Origin: an uncultured Acidobacteriaceae bacterium
GTDB taxonomy: Bacteria; Acidobacteriota; Terriglobia; Terriglobales; Acidobacteriaceae
DNA length: 64,000 nucleotides
Assembly: GCA_963794455.1 (NCBI GenBank)
Contig: CAWCEA010000003.1
Coordinates: 2,133,263-2,197,262 of the forward strand
Direction: 5' to 3'
In this document: piece by piece, positions 11,705 through 19,779 of the stretch
Layout of the letters: every line of letters starts with the position of its first letter
How positions within the stretch are numbered: the stretch's first letter is position 1
The notes under the pieces: generated by a model
Seen by the model: the letters and a program-made list of their open reading frames with translations, nothing else
The model's database searches: none
Told to the model about the DNA's origin: nothing
Translations under genes and position numbers: made by a program

Positions 11705-11800
11705 ATTACGTCCTCACGGCATTCTACGACGAGCCGATGCCAAGCTGATCCGTCAGAGGACGTACTAGCTAGTTATCACAAGAGTTCAATCGGAAGGACG

Positions 11801-12736
11801 TCATGGGTGCAGGGCGTTGCCCATCATCAAGGCAAATAACAATGGAAGATAGATGACTGTGGCCTGCAGAACGTGGCGTGCGCGCATTTTCGAAGCGGCG
11901 GTTGCCAGTGGCAGCTTCAGAAACGCCAGTCGAATTCCGAAATACAAAAGCGCAAAGCCGAGCACGATCGCGCCTACCAGGTAAATCCTTCCAGCCATGC
12001 CCATGAAACTGGGAAGCAGGCTGATAGGGATCAATGCAATCGAGTAGATCAAAATCCTGCGAGCGGTCGAGCGTCCATCCTCTTCGACAACCGGCAGCAT
12101 CCGAACTCCGCCGTTCGCGTAGTCCTCGCGATAGAGCCACGCAATGGAGAAGAAGTGCGGGAACTGCCATACGAAGAGAATGGCGAACAACACCAGCGTG
12201 CCCCATTCGAGATGGCCGCGAGCCGCGGTCCAGCCCAGAACTCCGGGCATCGCTCCAGGAAAGGCGCCAACAAATGTGCACACAGGGGAAACGCGCTTCA
12301 ACGGAGTGTAAGCAGCCAAATAAACGACTGCCGTCAGGAACGTCAGCACTCCCGTCAGAGGATTCGTAAAGACTGCCAGATAGATCGATCCGCCAATCGC
12401 CGCCAGCAGCCCTACGGCAGTGGCATGAAACAAGCTCATGCGGCCAGTCGGAAGGGGGCGCAATGCGGTCCGGCGCATGTGGGCATCGACATCGTGCTCC
12501 ATGACTTCGTTCAAAGCCGCGGTGCCGCTCGATGCCAGGCCAATCCCCAGCAGAGAATGAAACAATCCCCAACTGAACCATGAAACGCCGGCCTTATGCG
12601 CTCCGAAGAAATATCCGCACCAAGCGGTCATCACAATCAACGACGTGACCCGGAGCTTCGTCAGTTCGGCGTAATCGCGGAGAAGGGAAGTCGCCCGTGT
12701 GCGGAAGGCAGAAAGAGGCAATGTCATCGTGCTCAT
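11801..12736 (-). CDS. ctaB: protohaem IX farnesyltransferase (haem O synthase), copy 1
   Basis: UbiA-family polytopic protein with YAELTKLRVTSLIVMTAWCGY, NEVMEHDVDAHMRRT and WQFPHFFSIAWLYREDY. Confidence 0.85.
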   Translation of the reverse strand: MSTMTLPLSAFRTRATSLLRDYAELTKLRVTSLIVMTAWCGYFFGAHKAGVSWFSWGLFHSLLGIGLASSGTAALNEVMEHDVDAHMRRTALRPLPTGRMSLFHATAVGLLAAIGGSIYLAVFTNPLTGVLTFLTAVVYLAAYTPLKRVSPVCTFVGAFPGAMPGVLGWTAARGHLEWGTLVLFAILFVWQFPHFFSIAWLYREDYANGGVRMLPVVEEDGRSTARRILIYSIALIPISLLPSFMGMAGRIYLVGAIVLGFALLYFGIRLAFLKLPLATAASKMRARHVLQATVIYLPLLFALMMGNALHP

Positions 12737-12926
12737 GATTTAAGTTGTGTCGATCGCACCCAAGGACTGCCCGGCTGTGGAACGAGCACCCCGGACCCCA
12801 CACCGGCAGATGCTCAAGGACTGCATAGGTACTCTGATCGTTTTCCGAAGTCAAGGGAAAACGCCCAGCCCAAATTGCCGGATCAGCGTAACACATCGCG
12901 CGGTCGTGGTGGGGAGTGTTGGCGGA

Positions 12927-14321
12927 CTATTGACTTGCTGCAGGCCCCGCCGCGTCAAACGTCTCCGGAGGATCGAAGAAACATTTGTGCCAGAGCGCGG
13001 AATCGGTCAGAGTTCCTGCTTTCCACTGCTGCAGCATTTCGAATGTCGCGGCAATCATGCCGCCGTCGGCGGAATCAAAAATCACTACCACTCCTGCCAA
13101 CTCCTGAGGCTTCTGGGCCAACTCTGTGTAGCCTTTGTCGAAAAGAGATTTTGCATACTCGAGACGCTGCTTCGGTCCAGCATCTTTCGCGTTCTCGTCA
13201 ACTTTTTGCACGGAGATGATCTTCACATTCTTTCCCCGCAGCGGCGCCCAATCTCCCGGAAATTGCGCGGTTTCCTCGCGCTCCACGTGGAACATATCGG
13301 CGGCCGGCAACTGCGCGGCTGCCGTGGGAATATCGGTGTCGGGGATGCCATCGGGCATCTCAACGCTGTCGCGCCAAATCCAACCTCGCGATAATCCAGA
13401 AATACGCACGTGCACCCAGTCCCGGTTGAAATCCAGCATTTCGAACTCATCGTGCATGCTGGCGAGAAACTCCGGTTTCGCTGTCAGGCTTGGAGTTGCA
13501 ACCACCGGCGTCCCGGATTTCTTCACGGCGACAAGATTCTTGGGATGACCCTGGTTCTTGAGGATTTCTTCCAGCGTTTCAACTTCGGTCTGCAGATTGG
13601 TGTCCCGCTTGTCCGCGTTCGGTTGCTCCGCGATTTGCCGGCTGGCGCGCTCCTGTTCCGCCAGGCTCTTGTTCATCGACGAGGAAATCGCCTGATCTAC
13701 ATCGGGGCGACTGGGCGTCGGAGACGACTTTTTTGTTTCACTGTTCGCGGTCGTCGCGGCGGAGGGCTTGGTGGTTGACGGTTTAACAGGTGGGGTCGGA
13801 GGAGCGGACGGTGAACTCTCGCTAGCACCTTTGGCCACCGGCTCTGCCTTAGCTAATCGATCTGCAAGTTGATCCAACAAGTCAGATTCGAGTCGGCCAT
13901 TCGACGGCAGCAACTGGTATCCCGAACGTGATGCGACGGGATCGTTGTACCATGCAGTCACCTTCACCGCGATGTGGACCAGCGATCCACCCGACGCGGT
14001 CGCGCTAACCTCGGCTGTCGCCTGATAGAACCCGCGCTGATACCGGTCAAGGGGATGTTCGGCAGTATCGGCAAATCCATCGAGGACCGGGAGATGGCCA
14101 GACATGCTCCCCGACAAGGTCTTCAATGCTCTTTCGACGGTCGCTTTCGATTGCGGAAAAGCGCGTTCCGAGGGGCCAATCTGTGCAGAAAGGCACGGAA
14201 CGGTGAGAAGAAGAGTAAGAACAACAGATACGAGGGATGCGACGACCCAGAAGCGATGCTCGATTGGCGGTCTCAAAATCCGTATTCTCAAAATCCAGGG
14301 TTCAGGAATCCAGGCTTTCAT
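12927..14321 (-). CDS. secreted protein with Pro/Ser/Thr/Ala-rich linker and C-terminal SH3b-like segment
   Basis: Signal or anchor segment, low-complexity linker (SSPSAPPTPPVKPSTTKPSAATTA), then DWVHVRISGLSRGWIWRDSV. The start overlaps the upstream gene's stop by 4 nt. Confidence 0.55.
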   Translation of the reverse strand: MKAWIPEPWILRIRILRPPIEHRFWVVASLVSVVLTLLLTVPCLSAQIGPSERAFPQSKATVERALKTLSGSMSGHLPVLDGFADTAEHPLDRYQRGFYQATAEVSATASGGSLVHIAVKVTAWYNDPVASRSGYQLLPSNGRLESDLLDQLADRLAKAEPVAKGASESSPSAPPTPPVKPSTTKPSAATTANSETKKSSPTPSRPDVDQAISSSMNKSLAEQERASRQIAEQPNADKRDTNLQTEVETLEEILKNQGHPKNLVAVKKSGTPVVATPSLTAKPEFLASMHDEFEMLDFNRDWVHVRISGLSRGWIWRDSVEMPDGIPDTDIPTAAAQLPAADMFHVEREETAQFPGDWAPLRGKNVKIISVQKVDENAKDAGPKQRLEYAKSLFDKGYTELAQKPQELAGVVVIFDSADGGMIAATFEMLQQWKAGTLTDSALWHKCFFDPPETFDAAGPAASQ

Positions 14322-15362
14322 GGTACCTGCTCAAGCTCGTCGCGCAACATCCATCCGTGCTGTCCCTCGTGTGTCTCCACTCCGAGCCAATAAGGCGTCG
14401 AAATGACAATCAGGACGTCAGTTCCGGCGGTAAGAGATTGCAAAGTGCTGGCGGTGTGAAACGGAGCGGACTTGAGCGGAGCCCCGGGTGCCTTTACCCG
14501 CCGTTCCACCTGCAACCGAAGTTTCTTCACCCGCTCCTCGATCGTTTCTGGGGGTCCATTTTCTGGGCTGCCGATCGCCGGCGCACCGGCACTGCTGGAG
14601 TCATCCGGCGCCGCTTGCACGGCAGGAGGTGGGAGTGCTTGCGCGGTAGACGTCGGCGCCGCTGCCTCTTTTATCGGAGCGGACGAGGACTGGCCGGGCT
14701 CTTGCTTTTTCCTCCCCAGTTCAGCTTTTTCCTTTTTTTCCTTCTCAGCTTCTACAGTCTCAGCTTTCATCGACTCGATGGCATCAAGCCGGTCGTGGAT
14801 ATCTTTGTATTCGGCGCCTTCAACCGAACCATTGGAGAGATGCCTAACGCGACGGAAATCCTCAACAAATACAGCATCAATGTGTAAGACCGTATTTTTC
14901 TCGCCTTGCGGCTGAAGCACGTAGCGGACCGCCAGCGTCCCTACGTCTCCGCTGTCCTTGAAATTTCGTGGGTCCAGCGCGTGCAGCCGTACTTTATAAA
15001 AGACTTTGCCGCCTTCGTTCCATTCCTTGAATGCATGGGTAGAGTTGGCTGAAACGGCTCCTCCAACGTACTCGTCCTCTGTTGTATTCCTTGGTGCCCC
15101 GGATGATGCCGTTTTGAACCACTTCCTCGACGACCTGCTCGACTTCGTTCTCAGGAAGAGGAATACTGACGGTCAGCCCGGCTCCGTAGCTGGCAGTATC
15201 TTTCTCGCGCCCAAAGAGCGGTAGAGCTGACATCGCAAGCATCAGGACTAAGCAGGCGCCAGTGCGACAGCTCTGCGCTAAGCCCACCCGGGAAGCACAC
15301 TTTATCCTGGCGAACCCCACGAACTTGGAACTGCACCTCGGAGGCGGCACCTGTTTTCTCAT
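14318..15362 (-). pseudogene. secreted SH3b-like paralogue, split by a +1 frameshift near 15075..15090
   Basis: ORF 14994..15362 supplies the signal peptide and the N-terminus up to GIIRGTKEYN. The frame of ORF 14318..14920 is open upstream (EDEYVGGAVSANSTHAFKEWNEGGKVFYKVRLHALDPRNFKD...) with no start codon, so the two pieces join. Confidence 0.55.
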
Positions 15363-15496
15363 CTTCGCAAGAAAGACTCTCAGCTCTGGCCTTGGCTGTC
15401 AACTTAGGATTCGTTTCCAAGATACTGAATGGCCAGATAGAACATGAGTTGGACGTGACCTTGTAAAAAAAATGTAAAAAAATTATATTTTCCACC

Positions 15497-15526
15497 TTGC
15501 AAGTTGCTCTTGACCGGTAGTAGGAT
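15497..15526 (+). promoter_or_regulatory. candidate sigma70-type promoter of the respiratory cluster
   Basis: TTGCAA-N18-TAGGAT preceded by two A-tracts (TGTAAAAAAAA TGTAAAAAAA, 15462..15482) that could act as an UP element. Judged by eye only. Confidence 0.25.
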
Positions 15527-15719
15527 CGAAAACCGGTAAGGTGGTAGGACCGTTCATGGGAAAAAAGCTGGACACTTTGCCGCCAAAGCAAACATGTGGA
15601 GGGGTTCACGTGGATTGCTTCTCTTAGTCGGTTGCTTTCGTCGTTGTCTCGTCTGCCTTGTCTTTGCATTGCGTGGGAAATGCAAGTTGTTCAAAACAAG
15701 AATTGCTGAGGAGTCCGGC

Positions 15720-17129
15720 ATGCACATTGGGACGCGGTCTAGCCTTTGTGGGAAGCTGCCGTGGATGCAAGTTGTTGCAACCACGGCTCTGGTAGTGATC
15801 TTTTTGATCTTGAGTACCAGTCAGCGTGCGAACGCCCTCCCGGCTTTTGCCCGCAAGTATGGTCTGCGCTGTTCAGCCTGCCACGAATCTTGGCCGATGT
15901 TGAACTACTTCGGTCAGAAGTTTAAAGACAACGGATACCAGCTCATGAATGATCGGGATTCCCCGATCTGGCAGAATCCAGGCTATTGGCCTGTCACCTT
16001 CCGCATTACTCCCTTTTGGAGCCGCGAAAGCACCAACAAGGTCGCTACCGACACCGCTCCCAGTGGTGAACAAAAAATCACGACAACCGGCTTCAATCTC
16101 AGTGGGTTGGACATTTTGACCGGCGGCACCCTTGAGAAGAACATTTCGTTCCTCCTGGTGCCTTCGGCTGACGAAACCGGCGCATTTCACTTCGAGTCGG
16201 TCAATGTTCGCTTTGACAACCTGTTGAACAGTCCCTGGTTGAACGTCAAAGTGGGCAAATTTGAGCTGGACAATATCATTTCGGAGAAGAGGATCCTCAC
16301 CATCTCGGCGAATAGTGGCGGTTTTCAGCTCTACCACTTCATCCCGGTCAATGACGGCAATATCTTCGGCCAGATTGGCGACAACCAACTCGGTGCCGAA
16401 TGGATGGGGCACTCCTTGAACGACCGTACTCGGCTGTCTGCGGCCGTGTTTAGTTCCGTGGATGGCAACGTGGATCTGCCTTACGGCCAGAACTCCTACA
16501 CGGCGTTCTTTGCCGGCAGCCAGGCCTTCGATGCCGGTAAGCTGGGCGTGGAGCGCATCGGCGGCTACGCCATGGTCGGCCAGGCCCCAACCACCTACCT
16601 GACCCAGGGAGGCGTCCCGCTGCCGGGATCCGGCATTGGGAACAAGAGTTTCAGCCGGTATGGTTTCACCGGGCTGTTCTACGTCACCAACAAGCTTGAT
16701 TTCCAGGTGTACACCCAACACGGTGAGGACAGCGCCTGGTTTGGGGCTTGCTACGGAGACATCATCGACGGAGCCACCCCTTGTAGCAACAACAATACCG
16801 GCGGTGCGACCCTCCCGGCGGGAGCGCGCAATCCTACATGGAATGGCGCATTCGTCGAGACGCACTACATTTTCAGCCCTCAGCTTATCTTTATCCAACG
16901 CTCCGAATGGGTCCGCATGTCTCAACAGGCATTGCCGGGGGTCCCTTCGAACCTCGGCGACATCGACAACTATGTGATCGGGTACCGCTATAACCCGTTT
17001 ATGACCAGCCGCGCCGGCTTCGCTTTCCACAACGAGTATGCGTGGCTACGGCAGCGGGGGACGTCGCCGGTAACCGGAACCGACTTGACTTCGAGCAGTC
17101 TGATGCTCGGTTTTGATTTCGACTTCTAG
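15720..17129 (+). CDS. fused monohaem cytochrome c / outer-membrane beta-barrel porin (Cyc2-like)
   Basis: ATG 15720 follows a GAGGAG Shine-Dalgarno. Signal peptide ends in ANA|LP. A single CxxCH (CSACH, 15870..15884) sits 12 residues after the predicted cleavage site. About 400 aa of alternating beta-strand-like sequence follow, ending in the OMP-type terminus GFDFDF. Confidence 0.7.
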   Translation: MHIGTRSSLCGKLPWMQVVATTALVVIFLILSTSQRANALPAFARKYGLRCSACHESWPMLNYFGQKFKDNGYQLMNDRDSPIWQNPGYWPVTFRITPFWSRESTNKVATDTAPSGEQKITTTGFNLSGLDILTGGTLEKNISFLLVPSADETGAFHFESVNVRFDNLLNSPWLNVKVGKFELDNIISEKRILTISANSGGFQLYHFIPVNDGNIFGQIGDNQLGAEWMGHSLNDRTRLSAAVFSSVDGNVDLPYGQNSYTAFFAGSQAFDAGKLGVERIGGYAMVGQAPTTYLTQGGVPLPGSGIGNKSFSRYGFTGLFYVTNKLDFQVYTQHGEDSAWFGACYGDIIDGATPCSNNNTGGATLPAGARNPTWNGAFVETHYIFSPQLIFIQRSEWVRMSQQALPGVPSNLGDIDNYVIGYRYNPFMTSRAGFAFHNEYAWLRQRGTSPVTGTDLTSSSLMLGFDFDF

Positions 17130-17141
17130 AAAGGAACACAC

Positions 17142-18008
17142 ATGCGGACAAGATTGCAGAAGTGGTCGCTTCAGATTGGCGCAGCTGCGGTTTTGGTGTT
17201 CCCGTTGGCTGCCCACGCGCAACTCACAACGGCGCAAATTGAGTCGCGCATCGGCACGGAAAGCCACATCGGCAACGTGACCGGCCATGCCAAGGATGGC
17301 GCGCCCGGTTACCGCCGCTATTGCGTTGGCTGCCACGGCGATTTAGGCGACGGCAACGGCGAGAACGCCCCTTGGGTTGATCCCAAGCCCCGGGATTTCC
17401 AGTTGGGAGTTTTCAAGTGCCGCTCGACTCCGACCGGAACCTTGCCCACGGACGAAGATCTGTTTGATACCATCGGGCGCGGTCTGGATCGGTCGAACAT
17501 GCCGCAATGGAGCACCTTCTCCAATCAAGAGCGTGCTGATTTGGTGGCATGGGTCAAACACTTCTCGCCACGATTTGTGAGTGAGAAGCCTGGAGCGCCG
17601 ATCACGATTCCTCCCGAGCCCGAGGTGACTGCAGAACGAATCAAGGCCGGCAGGGAAGTATTCGCACACGTACAGTGCTGGAAATGCCACGGCGTTGAAG
17701 GCAAAGCCAATGGCCCGTCGGCCGCTACTCTCACTGACGATCTCGGGCGGCCGATTCTGCCCTTTAACTTCACTGAAGGTGCCCGCCCCAAGTGCGGTTC
17801 CACCGATCAGGACCTCTACCGGATCTTCATGACCGGCCTGGACGGCACTCCAATGCCGTCCTTTGCCGACAACATCAAGCCCGACGAGGCTTGGGATCTC
17901 GTTTTCTACCTGAAAACCTTGGAACCTCAGCGGAGCAAAGAGAAAGAGATGGCGAAACAGCTTGGGCTGAAGCCGGTCGATCCGAATGCTCCCGCGGGCC
18001 AACAATAG
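17142..18008 (+). CDS. periplasmic dihaem c-type cytochrome
   Basis: Signal peptide and two CxxCH sites (CVGCH, CWKCH), each followed by a G-rich class-I cytochrome c context. Begins 12 nt after the upstream gene. Confidence 0.85.
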   Translation: MRTRLQKWSLQIGAAAVLVFPLAAHAQLTTAQIESRIGTESHIGNVTGHAKDGAPGYRRYCVGCHGDLGDGNGENAPWVDPKPRDFQLGVFKCRSTPTGTLPTDEDLFDTIGRGLDRSNMPQWSTFSNQERADLVAWVKHFSPRFVSEKPGAPITIPPEPEVTAERIKAGREVFAHVQCWKCHGVEGKANGPSAATLTDDLGRPILPFNFTEGARPKCGSTDQDLYRIFMTGLDGTPMPSFADNIKPDEAWDLVFYLKTLEPQRSKEKEMAKQLGLKPVDPNAPAGQQ

Positions 18009-18083
18009 ATTAACGATGAACAACCATCGCGCGGAGTTGGAGCGGGTCGCCAACTCCGCCGGTCGTACGGAGGATCTTCTCTT

Positions 18084-18830
18084 ATGAATAACCGATTCAA
18101 GCAAGCGTCCATGGCAGTACTATCCGCGCTAGTTCTTGTCAGCTGCGGTGCGTTGCTTCTCGGCCGGCAGGTCAGCGCGGCCGCAGAAGGCAAGATCACG
18201 GGCAGCGTGAAACTCAACGGAACGGCTCCGCACATGAAGGGCATCGACATGTCCAAGGACCCGTATTGCGTAAAGGCCAATCCCACGCCGGTACACCTTC
18301 AAACAGTGGAGGTTGGACAGGGCAACGGCTTGGAGAACGTCGTTCTCTACATCTCCGAAGGTTTGCCCGCCAGCGCCCTCAGTGAAGTTCCAACTACGAT
18401 CCCTGTGTTCGATCAAAAGAACTGCATGTATACCCCGCACGTGCTGGCGATGGACGTCAACCAGAAGTTTAAGGTTGAAACCAGCGATCAGACCGCTCAC
18501 AATATCCATCCGCTCCCCAACCCGATGACGGGCAACATCCCGTGGAATCAGTCGCAGCCGCCGGGCGCTCCTCCCATCGAAAAAAGCTGGAAGGCGACCG
18601 AAATGATCCCCGTCCAGTGCAACATTCATCCCTGGATGCATGGATGGTTTGTCGTAGTGAAAGGACCCTACGCGACCACCGATGCGAACGGCTCCTACAC
18701 CATCAACAACGTGCCACCGGGAAACTACACGGTGACTGCGTGGCAAGAGGATTACGGAACTCAAACTCAGAAGGTGACTGTGGCTGGCGGCCAATCCGCG
18801 ACCGCTGACTTCACCTTCAAGGCGAAATAG
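18084..18830 (+). CDS. type-1 copper cupredoxin-like protein flanked by CarboxypepD_reg-like beta-sandwich segments
   Basis: Signal peptide, upstream His (TAHNIH) and a Cys-x2-His-x2-Met loop (CNIHPWM), the same spacing as the amicyanin CTPHPFM loop. C-terminal GSYTINNVPPGNYTVTAW motif. Confidence 0.65.
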   Translation: MNNRFKQASMAVLSALVLVSCGALLLGRQVSAAAEGKITGSVKLNGTAPHMKGIDMSKDPYCVKANPTPVHLQTVEVGQGNGLENVVLYISEGLPASALSEVPTTIPVFDQKNCMYTPHVLAMDVNQKFKVETSDQTAHNIHPLPNPMTGNIPWNQSQPPGAPPIEKSWKATEMIPVQCNIHPWMHGWFVVVKGPYATTDANGSYTINNVPPGNYTVTAWQEDYGTQTQKVTVAGGQSATADFTFKAK

Positions 18831-18852
18831 AGATTTCTCCTCAACTTAATCG

Positions 18853-18876
18853 GCCGCCACGCAGTCGAGTGGCGGC
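18853..18876 (+). other. intercistronic hairpin between the cupredoxin gene and coxB
   Basis: GCCGCCAC-(8 nt)-GTGGCGGC is a perfect 8-bp stem with no clear U-tract. Possible attenuator or processing site. Confidence 0.3.
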
Positions 18877-18921
18877 TCTCCTAATTCGGGCTGTTCGGAA
18901 CAACCGCAAGCGAGGGCGTCA

Positions 18922-19725
18922 ATGGCGAAGTTCTTTGCAGTCACCATCGTTTTGATTGCGATTGCATCTGCGATTCCTATCGTGATGCATACCTGGCCTA
19001 CGCCGCAGGACATCTCCACTCACGGCGTACTGATTGACGAGCAGACGAACGAGACCATGTTGGAAGCGGGCATTTCGTTCCTGGTCTCGCAATTCATTCT
19101 CGCCTTCTTCATCTGGAAATTCTCCAGTTGGGGCCCCAACAACAAGCTGAAGACATTCCCCGGCGGAGCGAAGGCGATGGTTTGGGCGGCCTTCCTGCTG
19201 GTGGGCACCGAAGTCTTGGCTCTCGGAGTCTTCGGCGTCAAGGCGTGGGCGAACGTTTACCTCACGCCCCCTGCGGCCAACGCCCTCCCCGTACAGGTGC
19301 AGGCTGGACAATTCGCTTTCTACTTCCGCTATCCGGGTCCCGACGGCAAGTTCGGTTTTCTTCATCCGGAGATGATTAACGAAGCTTCCGAGAATTTCTT
19401 CGGAATCGACCAGACCAACGACCCCGCCGCAAAGGATGACATCGTCACTGCGGAGATGGCTATTCCAGTGAACCGCGAGATCCATCTGCTCATGCATTCC
19501 AAAGACGTCGGGCACTCGTTCTTTGTGCCGGAGTTGCGGGTTCAGCAGGACTTCGTCCCCGGTCTGGATTTGTCGGTACACTTCACCGCAACCAAGATCG
19601 GTCGCTACGAGATTGTCTGTACTCAGCTTTGTGGTTTGGGACACTACAACATGAAGGCATACCTCAGTGTGCTGTCCCAGCAAGACTACGATGACTGGCT
19701 CAAGAAGCAGGCTGCTCTGCAGTAG
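18922..19725 (+). CDS. coxB: cytochrome c oxidase subunit II (CuA, no fused cytochrome c domain)
   Basis: Two N-terminal TM helices and a complete CuA site: GHSF ... CTQLCGLGHYNM (C-x3-C-x3-H-x2-M). Confidence 0.9.
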   Translation: MAKFFAVTIVLIAIASAIPIVMHTWPTPQDISTHGVLIDEQTNETMLEAGISFLVSQFILAFFIWKFSSWGPNNKLKTFPGGAKAMVWAAFLLVGTEVLALGVFGVKAWANVYLTPPAANALPVQVQAGQFAFYFRYPGPDGKFGFLHPEMINEASENFFGIDQTNDPAAKDDIVTAEMAIPVNREIHLLMHSKDVGHSFFVPELRVQQDFVPGLDLSVHFTATKIGRYEIVCTQLCGLGHYNMKAYLSVLSQQDYDDWLKKQAALQ

Positions 19726-19779
19726 GTAGCAGATTTCGGTCGTTAATCACTGACGAATCACATTTCTCCGAGGTCGACC

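Noticed and set aside
11769-12583. Long alternative-frame ORFs overlapping ctaB copy 1 (11769..12581 on the minus strand, 11873..12583 on the plus strand)
   Set aside because: The UbiA-family frame (11801..12736) carries all conserved motifs and TM periodicity. The alternatives are Arg/Ser/Gly-rich.
15594-15719. N-terminal extension of the cytochrome-porin ORF (MWRGSRGLLLLVGCFRRC...)
   Set aside because: ATG 15720 has a GAGGAG Shine-Dalgarno and yields a normal signal peptide. The extension would bury that signal peptide, and it lies in the AT-rich leader.
15873-17030. 385-aa ORF antisense to the cytochrome-porin gene
   Set aside because: It is a shadow ORF. The sense strand has a signal peptide, CxxCH, barrel periodicity and an OMP terminus. 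The antisense product is low-complexity and Arg/Val/Gly-rich.
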